Assembly (NCBI GenBank): GCA_036149055.1
Contig: JAYZQJ010000155.1
Location: forward strand, 37,954-101,953
DNA: 64,000 nt
Source of the DNA: Myxococcota bacterium
GTDB taxonomy: Bacteria; Myxococcota_A; Polyangia; Polyangiales; Sandaracinaceae
Direction of reading: 5' to 3'
Of the stretch, positions 1-9,749 are shown one piece after another; within the stretch, counting starts at the first letter, position 1; each line of letters starts with the position of its first letter. The notes under the pieces are model-generated. The model did not search any database and was not told the DNA's origin. It saw nothing but the letters and a program-made list of their open reading frames with translations. The position numbers and the translations under genes were made by a program.

Positions 1-110
1 CGGCTCGCTCTCGCGCTCATGACCCGCGGAACCTGCGCATCGTGGTGTGGGCGCGCAATGCCGGGAGGGCACGCCCAGCGCGCTCGTCGTGCTCATCGGC
101 GACAACAATG

Positions 111-557
111 TCAGAGCGCAGGACGCGTTCGCGCCCACTCGGCGGAGGGGCTCACCGCCTCCGGGTCCCGGGGGTCGATGGCGACGGTGACGCGCTGCTC
201 GGGCGCGACCTTCGGGAGCGCGAGGGTCTGCACCTCCCAGACGACACGCACGCGGTACGGAGCCTCATCGGGCGCCGAGACCTCGAGCGTGAGGTCGACG
301 TCTCGGTAGCGACCGAAGTCGCCTGCGTCCATGAGCTCACGGTCGCCCCGCGGCGACGCGAGGATCACCTTCGCGTCTCGCAGGAACCCATGGGAGCGCC
401 GGCGAGCGTCCTCCGCGCGAGCGTCTGCCTCGGCCGTCTGCCGCTTCGTCGCGCCGCGAAAGACCTGGCTCCAGAGGATGTAACCGAACAGCAAGAGCAA
501 CCCGACCGGAACGCAGAGCAGGAGCAACGTGAAGAGGAGCGTCTCCGATTCGCTCAT
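111..557 (-). CDS. Small membrane protein: N-terminal TM helix plus DUF3592-like beta-barrel domain
   Basis: Hydrophobic N-terminus LLFTLLLLCVPVGLLLLFGYILW; C-terminal 'VDLTLEV...PYRV...PEQRVTVAIDPRDP' pattern; GAGG RBS upstream of ATG. Confidence 0.65.
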   Translation of the reverse strand: MSESETLLFTLLLLCVPVGLLLLFGYILWSQVFRGATKRQTAEADARAEDARRRSHGFLRDAKVILASPRGDRELMDAGDFGRYRDVDLTLEVSAPDEAPYRVRVVWEVQTLALPKVAPEQRVTVAIDPRDPEAVSPSAEWARTRPAL

Positions 558-617
558 GTCGCCTCCTCGCTGGGTCCGCGTCGAGCGGGCGTAGCGCGCT
601 GGCAGCGAGGCCCCACC

Positions 618-2078
618 TCAGCGCACTCCGCTGGCGAGCTGCCGGTCGAGCTCGGCGAGGCGACCGCGTAGCTCTCTCGCTCGTGGACGATCGCGGAGGG
701 CGCGACGCAGCTGCAGCAGCAACGTGAGCGCCAGCGCGAGGGGCGTGAAGACGATCTGCATGGAGAGCCCGATCCCCCAGATGCCTGCCGGGACCTCATA
801 GCGCTCGAGCTCGGCCGCGTCGGTGGCTGCGGCGAGCCGGAGACCGCCCTCGCTCAGCGCCGACACTCGGCCAGCACGATCGCTGCAGAACACGTCGAGG
901 TGACTGTTCTCCGCCCCGTTCACGTTGCTCCTCCAGCTCGCGATCCGGTAGGGACCGGTGCAGTCGTTGCACACCAGCGGGCACACGAGCGCGGCGTGGG
1001 CGCCGAAGAGCGGCCCGGTCTGGACGAGCCCGGTCAGCAAGCATGTCCAGACGGTCCCGAGCAGAAACGCGAGCGCCCCGGTGCCGAGCACCACGGCCGT
1101 CAGCCTCTGGCTCGCGCGCGGCTCGACGCGCTGGAGCTGGGAGACGACGCCCCGGCGCAGCGCCTCGAGGTGCTCCCGATGCGCAGCCGCGCGGTGCCCC
1201 TCCGCTCGCTGGCGGGCCGCCTCGAACGACCGACCACAGAGCGTCAGCGGACGGTGCGACAGCACCGCGTGTTGCACGACGGGGAGGCCGAGGCGCTCGA
1301 CCAAGAGCGACATCTCGCTCGTGGCGTCCGCCTCCCGGCCCAGGCGCTCGAGCGCGTCCAGGCGGAGGAGGGTGCAGGCGAGCTCGTCGCGATCGAAGAG
1401 CGGCACGTCGGCCGGGCGGAAGCCGAGGGCCTCGACTACGCGCTGCGGCTCACCTCGGGCCGCGGCGATCGTCGCCGTCGCGAGACGGTAGGCGGTGTCC
1501 TGCTCCAGGTCGGTGGGGCGTGGATTGACGGCCTCGAGCCACGCCTCCGCGGCGTCGACGTCGCCCACGCGCGCGGCCTCCCTCGCGAGCTTGCAGCGCA
1601 GCACGTGGCGGTGCCCCGCGTCGGGCAGGAGCTCCACCGCGGTCTCGAGCGCGGCCCGGCGACGACGCTCGTCGAGGTGCGGAGCCAGCAGCACCGTGAG
1701 GTGAAAGAACCGCTCGCAGACCGGAAACGACGGTGTGATCGCCATCTCCGCCCTGGTCTGTCGCCAGAGCTCGTCGGCCGCCTCGGCGCGCTCCGAGGGC
1801 AGCGCTCCGTTCACGACCCACGCCGCGAGCCCGCCGGGCGACGGCGCCCCCTGCGCGTCCTGCTGCCGTAATCGCGCGTAGCGCTCGGACTCGCTCGGCG
1901 CCGAGCTCCGAGCCTCGGCCGCGGCGGTCCGGTCGGCCGCTTCGTCTCTGCGCTGGAGCTGGGAGACGGCGCCGCAGTAGCCGCAGGTGAACGAGCCTCC
2001 CTCGGGCTGCGCCTCGAGCAGGGCACCGCAGTTTGCGCATGTCAGGATGCGAAGCGTATGTGAGTAGAGCGTAGTCAC
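618..2078 (-). CDS. Zinc-ribbon / helical (TPR-like) / two-TM membrane protein
   Basis: N-terminal CANC-x15-CGYC, Ala/Arg-rich helical middle, two hydrophobic segments flanking a Cys-containing loop. Confidence 0.7.
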   Translation of the reverse strand: MTTLYSHTLRILTCANCGALLEAQPEGGSFTCGYCGAVSQLQRRDEAADRTAAAEARSSAPSESERYARLRQQDAQGAPSPGGLAAWVVNGALPSERAEAADELWRQTRAEMAITPSFPVCERFFHLTVLLAPHLDERRRRAALETAVELLPDAGHRHVLRCKLAREAARVGDVDAAEAWLEAVNPRPTDLEQDTAYRLATATIAAARGEPQRVVEALGFRPADVPLFDRDELACTLLRLDALERLGREADATSEMSLLVERLGLPVVQHAVLSHRPLTLCGRSFEAARQRAEGHRAAAHREHLEALRRGVVSQLQRVEPRASQRLTAVVLGTGALAFLLGTVWTCLLTGLVQTGPLFGAHAALVCPLVCNDCTGPYRIASWRSNVNGAENSHLDVFCSDRAGRVSALSEGGLRLAAATDAAELERYEVPAGIWGIGLSMQIVFTPLALALTLLLQLRRALRDRPRARELRGRLAELDRQLASGVR

Positions 2079-2088
2079 GCCAGCCGCC

Positions 2089-2544
2089 TCACTCCCCGCC
2101 GAGCGGCGTCCGCTCCCAGTCGACGACCGCCGTCTCGGGGCGCCCGGGCGCGTGTCGCAGAGCGATCTGCAGTCCTTCCCGGAGAGCGCCCACTCGATGG
2201 GAGGGCACGAACTCGGTGAGCGTCACGCGTTGCCCGCCCTCGATCTTCACCACGAGGCGGACCGACGAAGTCGGGTTGGTCTCGGCTGCGCCCGGCCCCG
2301 AGACCACGCGGAGGCCGTCGAGCACGCCCATCACCGCGACACCGTCCCGCAAGAGGGCACGCCGCTTGGCTTCGTGCCGCGCCTCGTACCTCACGAGCCA
2401 CCGGACGCCGACGATCATCGCGATCAGCCCCACCGCGGTGCAGGTCCACTTCTCCGTGTCGACGTCGCACCCGACGAGCGTCATCGCCAGGAGAACGAGC
2501 GTGCCCCGCGGAGAACGCTCTCCCCAGACGCGTCCCTTCGCCAT
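2089..2544 (-). CDS. Small membrane protein, DUF3592-like (similar layout to 111-557)
   Basis: TM segment, 'RALLRDGVAVMG', 'NPTSSVRLVVKIEG', 'LREGLQIALRHAPGRPETAVVDW'; TAGCCT 6 nt before ATG. Confidence 0.6.
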   Translation of the reverse strand: MAKGRVWGERSPRGTLVLLAMTLVGCDVDTEKWTCTAVGLIAMIVGVRWLVRYEARHEAKRRALLRDGVAVMGVLDGLRVVSGPGAAETNPTSSVRLVVKIEGGQRVTLTEFVPSHRVGALREGLQIALRHAPGRPETAVVDWERTPLGGE

Positions 2545-2765
2545 GCGGCGAGGCTACCACGCAACCTCGGTCGCCTACGCTGAGGCCTCGCCGCAGAACG
2601 ACCTCGGATGCCCCGTCGATCGAGCGTGGTCCCCACGCGCCGGCGCGCGACACCGATCCGAGCGGATCGCGGATGAATTTCACGCTCGAGGGCGCCCTTT
2701 CGCGACCCTCGATGCCTCACGGCGATTCACGCGTTGGGCCGGGAGTAGTCGGGATACTCTGGGGC

Positions 2766-3314
2766 GTGCACGAGGAGGGCTTCGCTCCGTTCGACTTCGA
2801 CGCGCCGCTCGACGTGGACGCGCGGCTCGCGGCGCTGCCGGCCGGGCGGCGGGTCCGGGGGTTCGTGTTCAACGCGGTGGCGCGCCGCCTGGGGCTCGAC
2901 GAGCCGAAGCGGACGGCGTTCCGGGAGTATCCGCTGGAGGACTTCGTGCGGCTGCTCGCCCAGGCGGAGCGCGACGGGGAAGGGGCGCGACGGCTCTGCG
3001 CGGCGGGTGAGCAGATCGGGCCCGCGCTCCAGGAGTCGACGGCGGGGCGCGTGCTCTTCGCCCTCATCGGCGGCGACCTCATGCGCGCCGGGCAGTACGC
3101 CGAGCGCGCCTGGCGCCTGGGGGTCTCGTTCGGCGACCTCCGCACCACCGAGCGACCGCCGCGCGCGTTCGACGTGTCGGTCCGCGACGTGTGGGCGTTT
3201 CACGCCTACCTCTTCGGCGCGATCAAGGGGACCTGCGAGCTGTTCGAGCCCGACGCCCGCATCCGCTACCGGTGGGTCTCGCTGAGCGCGTTCGATGTGC
3301 GCGTGGAGTGGTGA
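2766..3314 (+). CDS. DUF2378 / TIGR02265-like myxobacterial family protein
   Basis: 'DVDARLAALP...VRGFVF...AFREYP...STAGRVLF...RVEW' pattern; GTG start chosen 5 nt after TACTCT (track ORF begins at 2673). Confidence 0.75.
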   Translation: MHEEGFAPFDFDAPLDVDARLAALPAGRRVRGFVFNAVARRLGLDEPKRTAFREYPLEDFVRLLAQAERDGEGARRLCAAGEQIGPALQESTAGRVLFALIGGDLMRAGQYAERAWRLGVSFGDLRTTERPPRAFDVSVRDVWAFHAYLFGAIKGTCELFEPDARIRYRWVSLSAFDVRVEW

Positions 3315-3403
3315 GCGGTTTCCACTGGTCGCACGCGCAGGCACGGCTGCTCGCGCAGGAATACTAGAGGCGCTTCGCAGGATGCTAGAGCATCTTTGCA
3401 TGA

Positions 3404-3438
3404 CTGCATTTCCCGCTGGCTTGCAATAGTCTAGCGGG
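3404..3438 (+). promoter_or_regulatory. Putative sigma70-type promoter for a leaderless transcript of the helicase operon
   Basis: CTGCAT (3404-3409), 17 bp, TAGTCT (3427-3432), 6 nt, ATG (3439); AT-richer intergenic region; no SD. Confidence 0.4.
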
Positions 3439-6288
3439 ATGGTGGTGCAGGAGGATCTCGGCGAGCGGCTCGCCGAGGCGGTGAGGCGGGTGCGCGCGCG
3501 GGCCGGGAGCACGGCGCCGGTCGCGGTGGTGACGCCGTCGGAGGTGAACGGGGCGTTCGCGCGCCGGGAGCTGGCGGCGGTGACCTCGTTCATCCGGGTG
3601 TCGTTCGTCACGCCGCGGGCGCTGCATCGGGAGCTCGCTCTCCCCGGCCTGCGCGCGGAGGGCCTCCGGCCCGAGCCGCCCGGGTGGCTGCGGGCGACGG
3701 CGTGGCGCGCGCTCGATCGGCTGGACCTCGGGCCGTACGCGGAGGTGCTGCGGGAGCCGGGCTGGCTGCCGGCGCTGGCGCGGGCGGTGGAGACGCTCGA
3801 GGCGGGCGGGCTCTCGGCGGCGAGCGTGCGCGCGCTCGAGGTGGACGACGCGGATCTGCAGGCGCGCGGCCGGATGCTGGCGGCGCTGATGGAGGCGGTC
3901 GACGACGCGCGGCGCGCCGAGCGGATCGCCGGGCCGGAGGCGGAGGCGCGCGCCGCGCGGGCCGCGATCGAGGCGGGCGCCCCGATCCCGGCGAACGTGC
4001 CGACCGGCGCGGTGCTCCTCGGAGACGCGCGCAGCACCCAGCGGGTGGCGCGCACGCTGGCGGCCTGGCTCGAACGCCGGGAGGTGGCGCGGCTCGCGCT
4101 GCCCCACGCGCCGCCGCCGGCCTGGGGTGGGCTCACCGCGGCCGCGCCGAGGGCCGAGATCGTCGAGATGACGACGCCGGCCCCGGCGATCCGCTGGATG
4201 CGGACGCCGGATCCGGTGCGGGAGACGGCGGAGATCGTGCGGCGGGTGCAGCGCGCGGTGCTCGACGGCGTGGCGCTGGACCGGATCGCGATCGTGCTGC
4301 CCGATCCGTCGGAGTCGGTGGCCCTGCGCGAGCAGCTGGAGCGCGCCGGGATCCCGGCCTCGTGGCAGACCGGCCCGGCGCTCGCGAGCACGCCGGCGGC
4401 GTCGCTCCTCCTGCACGCCCTGTCGCTGGCGGCCGGGGAGGACTCGGTGGCGGCGTGGTACGAGCTGCTGACGTGGCCGGGGCTGCGCCTCCGCCAGGCG
4501 CTCGGCCCCGACGCGGTGGCCGGCCGCGGCCGCTGGCGTCGGCTGCTGGCGCGGTGCGGCGCCTACCGGGGCGGGGCGGTGATCCAGGACGCGCTCGCCG
4601 CGTGCCGGGAGGCGCTCGGCGAGGACGACGACGCGGACCGCGCGGCGCTCGACGGGCTGATGCTGAGCCTCGACGAGCTCCGCGGTGTGACCGAGAGCTG
4701 GCGCGCGGCGCAGACGATAGGGCGCTGGGCCGACAGCTGGCTGTGGTTCGTGCGGCGCTTCGGGCGCGAGTCCTCGGACGCGCGGCAGCTCCGGCGGCTG
4801 CTCGAGGGCTGGGCGCGCAGCGATCTGGGCCCGCCGCTGTCCCTGCCCGAGGCGGCGGCGACGCTGCGGGACGCGCTGGACGTGACGCAGGTGGTGATCG
4901 GGAAGCTCAGCGACCCCTCGGTGCGCGTGCTCTCGCCGATGCAGTGCGTGGGCGCGCGCTTCGAGCTCGTCTGCGTGGCCGGGCTGAGCCAGGGCCGCTT
5001 CCCGGTCAGCCCGTCCGAGGATCCGATCCTGAGCGACCCCCTGGCCGAGGCGCTGAACGCGCGCTTCGACGCCGGGCTGTTCGTGTCGAGCGACCGGGTG
5101 GCGCTCGAGCGACGCCGGTTCGCCGCGCTCCGCTCGGCCGCTCGCGGGGAGCTGTGGCTGAGCTGCCCGCGGGTGGACATGCTGCGCGGCCGGCCGCTGC
5201 TGCCGGGCACGCTCTTGCTCGAGCTCGCCTCGGAGCTCGCGGGGGAGCGCGTGGGCTTCGAGGCGCTCGAGGCGAAGCTCCAGCCCTGCGGGCAGCGCGA
5301 CCGCGCGTTCCCGACCGATCCGGACGACGCGATCGGCGCGCTGGAGCATCTCCTCGCGCGACTCGCCACGGAAGGAGACGCCCTGTCCGGGCTCGCCGAC
5401 CACGCGATCGCGGCTCGCCTGCTGCGCGCCGCCCGGGCCGCCGATCGGATCCGCGCCGGCGCGCGCGACGACTCGCTGAGGCCGTGGGCCGGGTTCGTGA
5501 CCGCGCTGCCCTGCAAGGGGCTCGACGGCGAGGCGCTCGGCCCCTGGGCGCTGGAGGCGCTGCTCCGCGATCCGCTCGACTTCCTCTGCCGCTTCATGCT
5601 CGGCGCCCGGCGCCCTCCCCGGCTGCGTGAGGACTGGGACCCGGTGAGCCAGTGGAACGTGCGCCGCATCGTGCGCGACGAGGCGCACCGGCTGCTGACG
5701 AACGGCGGCCTCGCGCCGGACGGGCTGCTCACCGCGTTCGAGCGGACGGCCTCGGAGGAGCTCCGTCGCGCCGGCGCGCTCGACGACACCACGCTCGGGC
5801 GGCTGCGGCGCATGGGACAGCGCATGGCGCGGCTCCTGGTGCGCGCCGAGCCGCTCGCCGGGCCGACGCCCCCCGTGGAGGCGCTGACGCTGCGCCGGGA
5901 CTTGCCGTGGGCGGTGGACGGGAGCGACGCGCGGCAGAACGGCGCGGGCCTCGAGTGGCTGCTCCACGAGTCGCCGAAGCGCGTCAAGGATCGCGACCTC
6001 CTGTATGGCGCGTTCGCGCAGGCGGTGGCGCTGCACGCGAGCGGGCGTGAGGTCGCCGAGGCGCGCTGGGTGACGGTCGAAGGGGAGCACTGGACGCGTG
6101 AGCTCCCCGAGGTGGAGGCGCTGCTGCACGAGCGGCTGGAGGCGGTGACGCCGATGGTCGAGGGCGGCGCGTTCTTCGGCGCCGGGCCGACGCGGCGGCG
6201 GAGGTACGGGGTCGGGCCGGCGCTCGAGATCGACGCGCAGCCGCGGAGCGAGGACCCGGTCGAGGAGTGGAGCCAATGGGTCGAATGA
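3439..6288 (+). CDS. addB: AddB/RexB-like inactive helicase subunit; nuclease motif and Fe-S cysteines appear degenerate
   Basis: 'DPVRETAEIVRRV', 'DRIAIVLPD', 'LERAGIP', 'FELVCVAGLSQGRFP', 'LWLSCPRVD..GRPLLP'; directly upstream of and ATGA-coupled to an AddA-like gene. Confidence 0.75.
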   Translation: MVVQEDLGERLAEAVRRVRARAGSTAPVAVVTPSEVNGAFARRELAAVTSFIRVSFVTPRALHRELALPGLRAEGLRPEPPGWLRATAWRALDRLDLGPYAEVLREPGWLPALARAVETLEAGGLSAASVRALEVDDADLQARGRMLAALMEAVDDARRAERIAGPEAEARAARAAIEAGAPIPANVPTGAVLLGDARSTQRVARTLAAWLERREVARLALPHAPPPAWGGLTAAAPRAEIVEMTTPAPAIRWMRTPDPVRETAEIVRRVQRAVLDGVALDRIAIVLPDPSESVALREQLERAGIPASWQTGPALASTPAASLLLHALSLAAGEDSVAAWYELLTWPGLRLRQALGPDAVAGRGRWRRLLARCGAYRGGAVIQDALAACREALGEDDDADRAALDGLMLSLDELRGVTESWRAAQTIGRWADSWLWFVRRFGRESSDARQLRRLLEGWARSDLGPPLSLPEAAATLRDALDVTQVVIGKLSDPSVRVLSPMQCVGARFELVCVAGLSQGRFPVSPSEDPILSDPLAEALNARFDAGLFVSSDRVALERRRFAALRSAARGELWLSCPRVDMLRGRPLLPGTLLLELASELAGERVGFEALEAKLQPCGQRDRAFPTDPDDAIGALEHLLARLATEGDALSGLADHAIAARLLRAARAADRIRAGARDDSLRPWAGFVTALPCKGLDGEALGPWALEALLRDPLDFLCRFMLGARRPPRLREDWDPVSQWNVRRIVRDEAHRLLTNGGLAPDGLLTAFERTASEELRRAGALDDTTLGRLRRMGQRMARLLVRAEPLAGPTPPVEALTLRRDLPWAVDGSDARQNGAGLEWLLHESPKRVKDRDLLYGAFAQAVALHASGREVAEARWVTVEGEHWTRELPEVEALLHERLEAVTPMVEGGAFFGAGPTRRRRYGVGPALEIDAQPRSEDPVEEWSQWVE

Positions 6289-9200
6289 CGGCGGTGGATC
6301 AGGCGGTCCGGGACGAGGTCACGCGGGCGATTGGGGCGTCGATCGCGCTGAGCGCGGGCGCCGGCTCGGGCAAGACCTCGGTGCTGACCGAGCGGCTGGT
6401 GAACGTGCTGGCGGCGGGCGTGGAGCCGAGCCGGGTGGCCGCGATCACCTTCACCGAGAAGGCGGCCGGCGAGCTGCAGCGCCGGGTGCGCGACGCGCTG
6501 GAGCGGCGGCTGGCGGAGACCGGCGACGACGTCATCGCCCGGCAGCTGGACCGCTACCACGAGCTGACCCTCTCCACGATCCACAGCTTCTGTCGTCAGC
6601 TCCTCGCGCTCGAGCCGCTCGCGTCCCGCTGGGCGCCGGGCACCGAGATCGTCGAGCTCGAGAGCGTCGGGATCGCGCGGGGGCTGCGACGGTGGCGCAC
6701 GGAGACCGCGGAGGCGCACCCGCTGCTCCTCGGCCTGATCGATCTGACGGGCTCGGACCGGGCGCTGCATGCCGCGGCGCAGTCGCTGGTGGCCTACCGC
6801 GATCTCGCGCCCCGCGTCGGCCGGGAGGCGCTGGACTTCGAGGTGGCCCACGCGGAGCTGGTGGCGGTGCGCGACGCGCTCGAAGCGGCGGCCGCGGCCT
6901 GCACCCACCCGGACGGCGACAAGCTCCTGGCGAACAACGTCGACTTCCGGGCGCGGCTCGCGACCTGGGTCGAGCTCGGCGCGCCCGAGGGCACCCTGGC
7001 CGCGCTCGTGTCGGACGCCAAGGGCGGTCGAGCCGGCGGCCGCAAGGGGGACTGGCCGGGCGACTCGAAGGAGGTCTTCAAGGAGGCGGCGGTCGCCATC
7101 GAGGGGTGGCGAGAGCGCTGCCGCGAGCGCGCGCACCGGACGCTCGTGACCTCGCTCCGGGAGCACGTGATCCAGGCCACGGCCGAGGTGCGCGCCGAGC
7201 GGGCGCAGGCGAGCTTCTCGGACCTCCTGTTCCGCGCGGCGGAGCTGCTCGCGCGCGACCCCGCGGCCCGCGCCCGGCTCGCCGACCGCTTCGACGCGGT
7301 GCTGATCGACGAGGTGCAGGACACCGACCCGATCCAGGCGGAGATCGCGGCCCTGCTCGCGCGGGCGCCGAGCGCCGAGGGTGCGTGGCTCTCGGCGGCG
7401 CCGCGCCCGGGCCGGCTCTTCGCGGTGGGCGACCCCAAGCAGTCGATCTACCGCTTCCGCCGCGCCGACGTGACGGTCTGGCGGGACCTCGAGGGGCTCA
7501 TCGCCGGGAGCGGGACCGAGCCGAAGGCGCTGACCCAGAACTTCCGCTCGGTGCCCGGCGTGGTCGCGTGGACGAGCCACGTGTTCGCCGAGATGCCGGG
7601 CTTCGCCCCGCAGGTGGCCGCGCGTGGGCCCGCCTCGCTCGACCCGGTGGTGGTCGTGGAGACGACGGCGGAGGAGGAATTCGATCACGCGATCCGCCAC
7701 CTCCTCGACCTGAAGCGCTCGGGCGCGCGGGTGCTCGACCCGGAGCGCGGCGAGGCGCGGCCGATGCGCTGGGGCGACGTGATGATCCTGCTGCCGCGCT
7801 GGTCGCGGGTGTCGGCGCTGGTGTCGCGGCTGGAGCGCGCCGGGATCGACGCGGTGGTGGAGGGCGGCGGCACGTTCTTCGAGGGCGAGGAGGTGCGCCT
7901 CTCGGTCAGCGCGCTGCGAGCGATGAGCGAGCCCGCCGACACCGAGGCGGTGGTGCACGTGCTGCGCGGCCTCTTCGGGTTCACCTGGGACGCGCTGGCC
8001 GCGCACGTCGCGGCGGGCGGGAGCTTCCGCATGACGGTGCCCGAGCAGCCGCCCGGCTCGGTGAGCGACGCGCTCGAGACCTTGCGCGACCTGCGCATGA
8101 GCCGAGTGGACTCCTGGGTGCCGCCGCTGGACCGGCTCCTCGAGCACACGCGGGCGCCGGCGGTGTGGTCGCTGCGCCCGGACGGCCGCGCGCGGCTCGC
8201 CAACCTCGACAAGCTCCGCGCCATCGTGCGCCGCCTCGAGCTCGAGAGCCGATCGGCGTCGCAGGTCATCACGCTGCTCGAGGAGATGCAGCAGCGCGAG
8301 GACGAGGACGATCTGTCGCGCGCCGACCCGAGCTCGGACGCGGTGCTCATCACGACCGTCTACAAGGCCAAAGGCCTCGAGGCGCCGATCGTCGCGCTGC
8401 TCGACATGGATCGAAAGGCGCGCGTCCGGGACGCCATCGCGCATCGCCGCGAGCAGGAGGTGAGCGTGAAGGTCGGCGCCTTCGCGCCGCCGGGCTGGGA
8501 GCGCGCCAAGCAGGACGAGCTCCTGGCGCTCACCGACGAGCAGCGGCGCCTGCTCTACGTCGCGTGCACGCGCGCCCGCGATCAGCTCGTCATCCTCCGG
8601 CACGACGGCGCGAGCCTGCTGTCGCACCTCGAGGGCGGCTGGGATCCCGAGGCGCTGGAGCACGAGACGAAGCAGACCCTGGCGGAGGGGGTCGAGGTGC
8701 GGGTGCGGCGCGGCGAGGCGCTGGCGGCGGTCGTCTACACCGCCGAGACGTTCCCCGGCCGGGACCGCGCGGTAGACGCGCTGCTCGAGGCGCCCGCGGG
8801 GCGCGGCGACCCGGCGATGGAGGCGCGCGAGCGAGCGCTCCGGGAGGCGGCGCGAGCGTCGGCGCGGCGCTGTCGGCGCACCCGCAGCGTGGGGGAGGTG
8901 GTCAGCCGTCACCGCGCGCCGACCGTCGGCTCGGGCCTGGGCGCGGAGGGGGGCCTGGTCGTGCACCGGGCGCTCGAGCAGCTCGAGTGGACGCGCGACG
9001 TGGAGGCCGAGATCGGTCCGCTGGTCGAAGCTCTCGCGCTCGAGCTGGGCGCGGACGCGTACACGACCGAGCGCTGCGCGGAGGTCGTCCGCAGCATCCT
9101 CGCCCACCCGGTGATGGAGCGGGCGCGGCGGGCCCCCGAGCGCTGGAAGGAGACGCCGTTCTCGTTCCACGAGCGCGGGCGCGCCGTCACCGGCGTCATC

Positions 9201-9749
9201 GATCTGTGCTTCCCGGAGGACGCGTCGCGCACCCGCTGGGTGGTGGTGGACTTCAAGTCCGACCTCCCCGCCGAGGGCTCGCCGCTGCGAGCGCGCTACG
9301 AGGCTCAGCTCCGGCTCTACGCCCAGGCGCTGCTCTCGACGGTCGCCGCCTGCGAGCACGTGGAGACGGTGCTCGTCGGCCCCCACGAGGCGCTCCCGAG
9401 CTCGCCCCGCGCGTCGGTGAACGACGAGGTCGCCCCCGAGCTCCGCGGCGCCGTCTCCCGCCTGCTGTCGGTCGGAGCGCGCCTCCCCCGCGTGGGCGCC
9501 GACGTCGGCGAGCCGATCATCGCCAACCTCGAGCTGGCCTGGGACGAGGCGCGCGTGGGCCTCGGCCTGGACCTCCTCGACGAAGAGCGCGCGGCCCTCA
9601 CCGCGGCCGGCTGGACCGTGCACCACGCCGACACCGCCGAGGCGGGCTGGGCGCGTCGCGCCGAGGCCGCGCTCCGCGCCTCGCTGGAGCTCCCCGAGGA
9701 GGTCGACGACCAGGCCGACGATGGCGCGGATCCCGAGGAGGAGGAGTGA
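6285..9749 (+). CDS. addA: AddA/RecB-like SF1 helicase-nuclease with extra C-terminal domain
   Basis: Walker A AGAGSGKT, AITFTEKAAGEL, STIHSFC, IDEVQDT, VGDPKQSIYRFRRAD, NFRS, KAKGLE, LLYVACTRARD; RecB-type nuclease GVIDL...VVDFKSD...QLRLYA. Confidence 0.9.
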   Translation: MTAVDQAVRDEVTRAIGASIALSAGAGSGKTSVLTERLVNVLAAGVEPSRVAAITFTEKAAGELQRRVRDALERRLAETGDDVIARQLDRYHELTLSTIHSFCRQLLALEPLASRWAPGTEIVELESVGIARGLRRWRTETAEAHPLLLGLIDLTGSDRALHAAAQSLVAYRDLAPRVGREALDFEVAHAELVAVRDALEAAAAACTHPDGDKLLANNVDFRARLATWVELGAPEGTLAALVSDAKGGRAGGRKGDWPGDSKEVFKEAAVAIEGWRERCRERAHRTLVTSLREHVIQATAEVRAERAQASFSDLLFRAAELLARDPAARARLADRFDAVLIDEVQDTDPIQAEIAALLARAPSAEGAWLSAAPRPGRLFAVGDPKQSIYRFRRADVTVWRDLEGLIAGSGTEPKALTQNFRSVPGVVAWTSHVFAEMPGFAPQVAARGPASLDPVVVVETTAEEEFDHAIRHLLDLKRSGARVLDPERGEARPMRWGDVMILLPRWSRVSALVSRLERAGIDAVVEGGGTFFEGEEVRLSVSALRAMSEPADTEAVVHVLRGLFGFTWDALAAHVAAGGSFRMTVPEQPPGSVSDALETLRDLRMSRVDSWVPPLDRLLEHTRAPAVWSLRPDGRARLANLDKLRAIVRRLELESRSASQVITLLEEMQQREDEDDLSRADPSSDAVLITTVYKAKGLEAPIVALLDMDRKARVRDAIAHRREQEVSVKVGAFAPPGWERAKQDELLALTDEQRRLLYVACTRARDQLVILRHDGASLLSHLEGGWDPEALEHETKQTLAEGVEVRVRRGEALAAVVYTAETFPGRDRAVDALLEAPAGRGDPAMEARERALREAARASARRCRRTRSVGEVVSRHRAPTVGSGLGAEGGLVVHRALEQLEWTRDVEAEIGPLVEALALELGADAYTTERCAEVVRSILAHPVMERARRAPERWKETPFSFHERGRAVTGVIDLCFPEDASRTRWVVVDFKSDLPAEGSPLRARYEAQLRLYAQALLSTVAACEHVETVLVGPHEALPSSPRASVNDEVAPELRGAVSRLLSVGARLPRVGADVGEPIIANLELAWDEARVGLGLDLLDEERAALTAAGWTVHHADTAEAGWARRAEAALRASLELPEEVDDQADDGADPEEEE

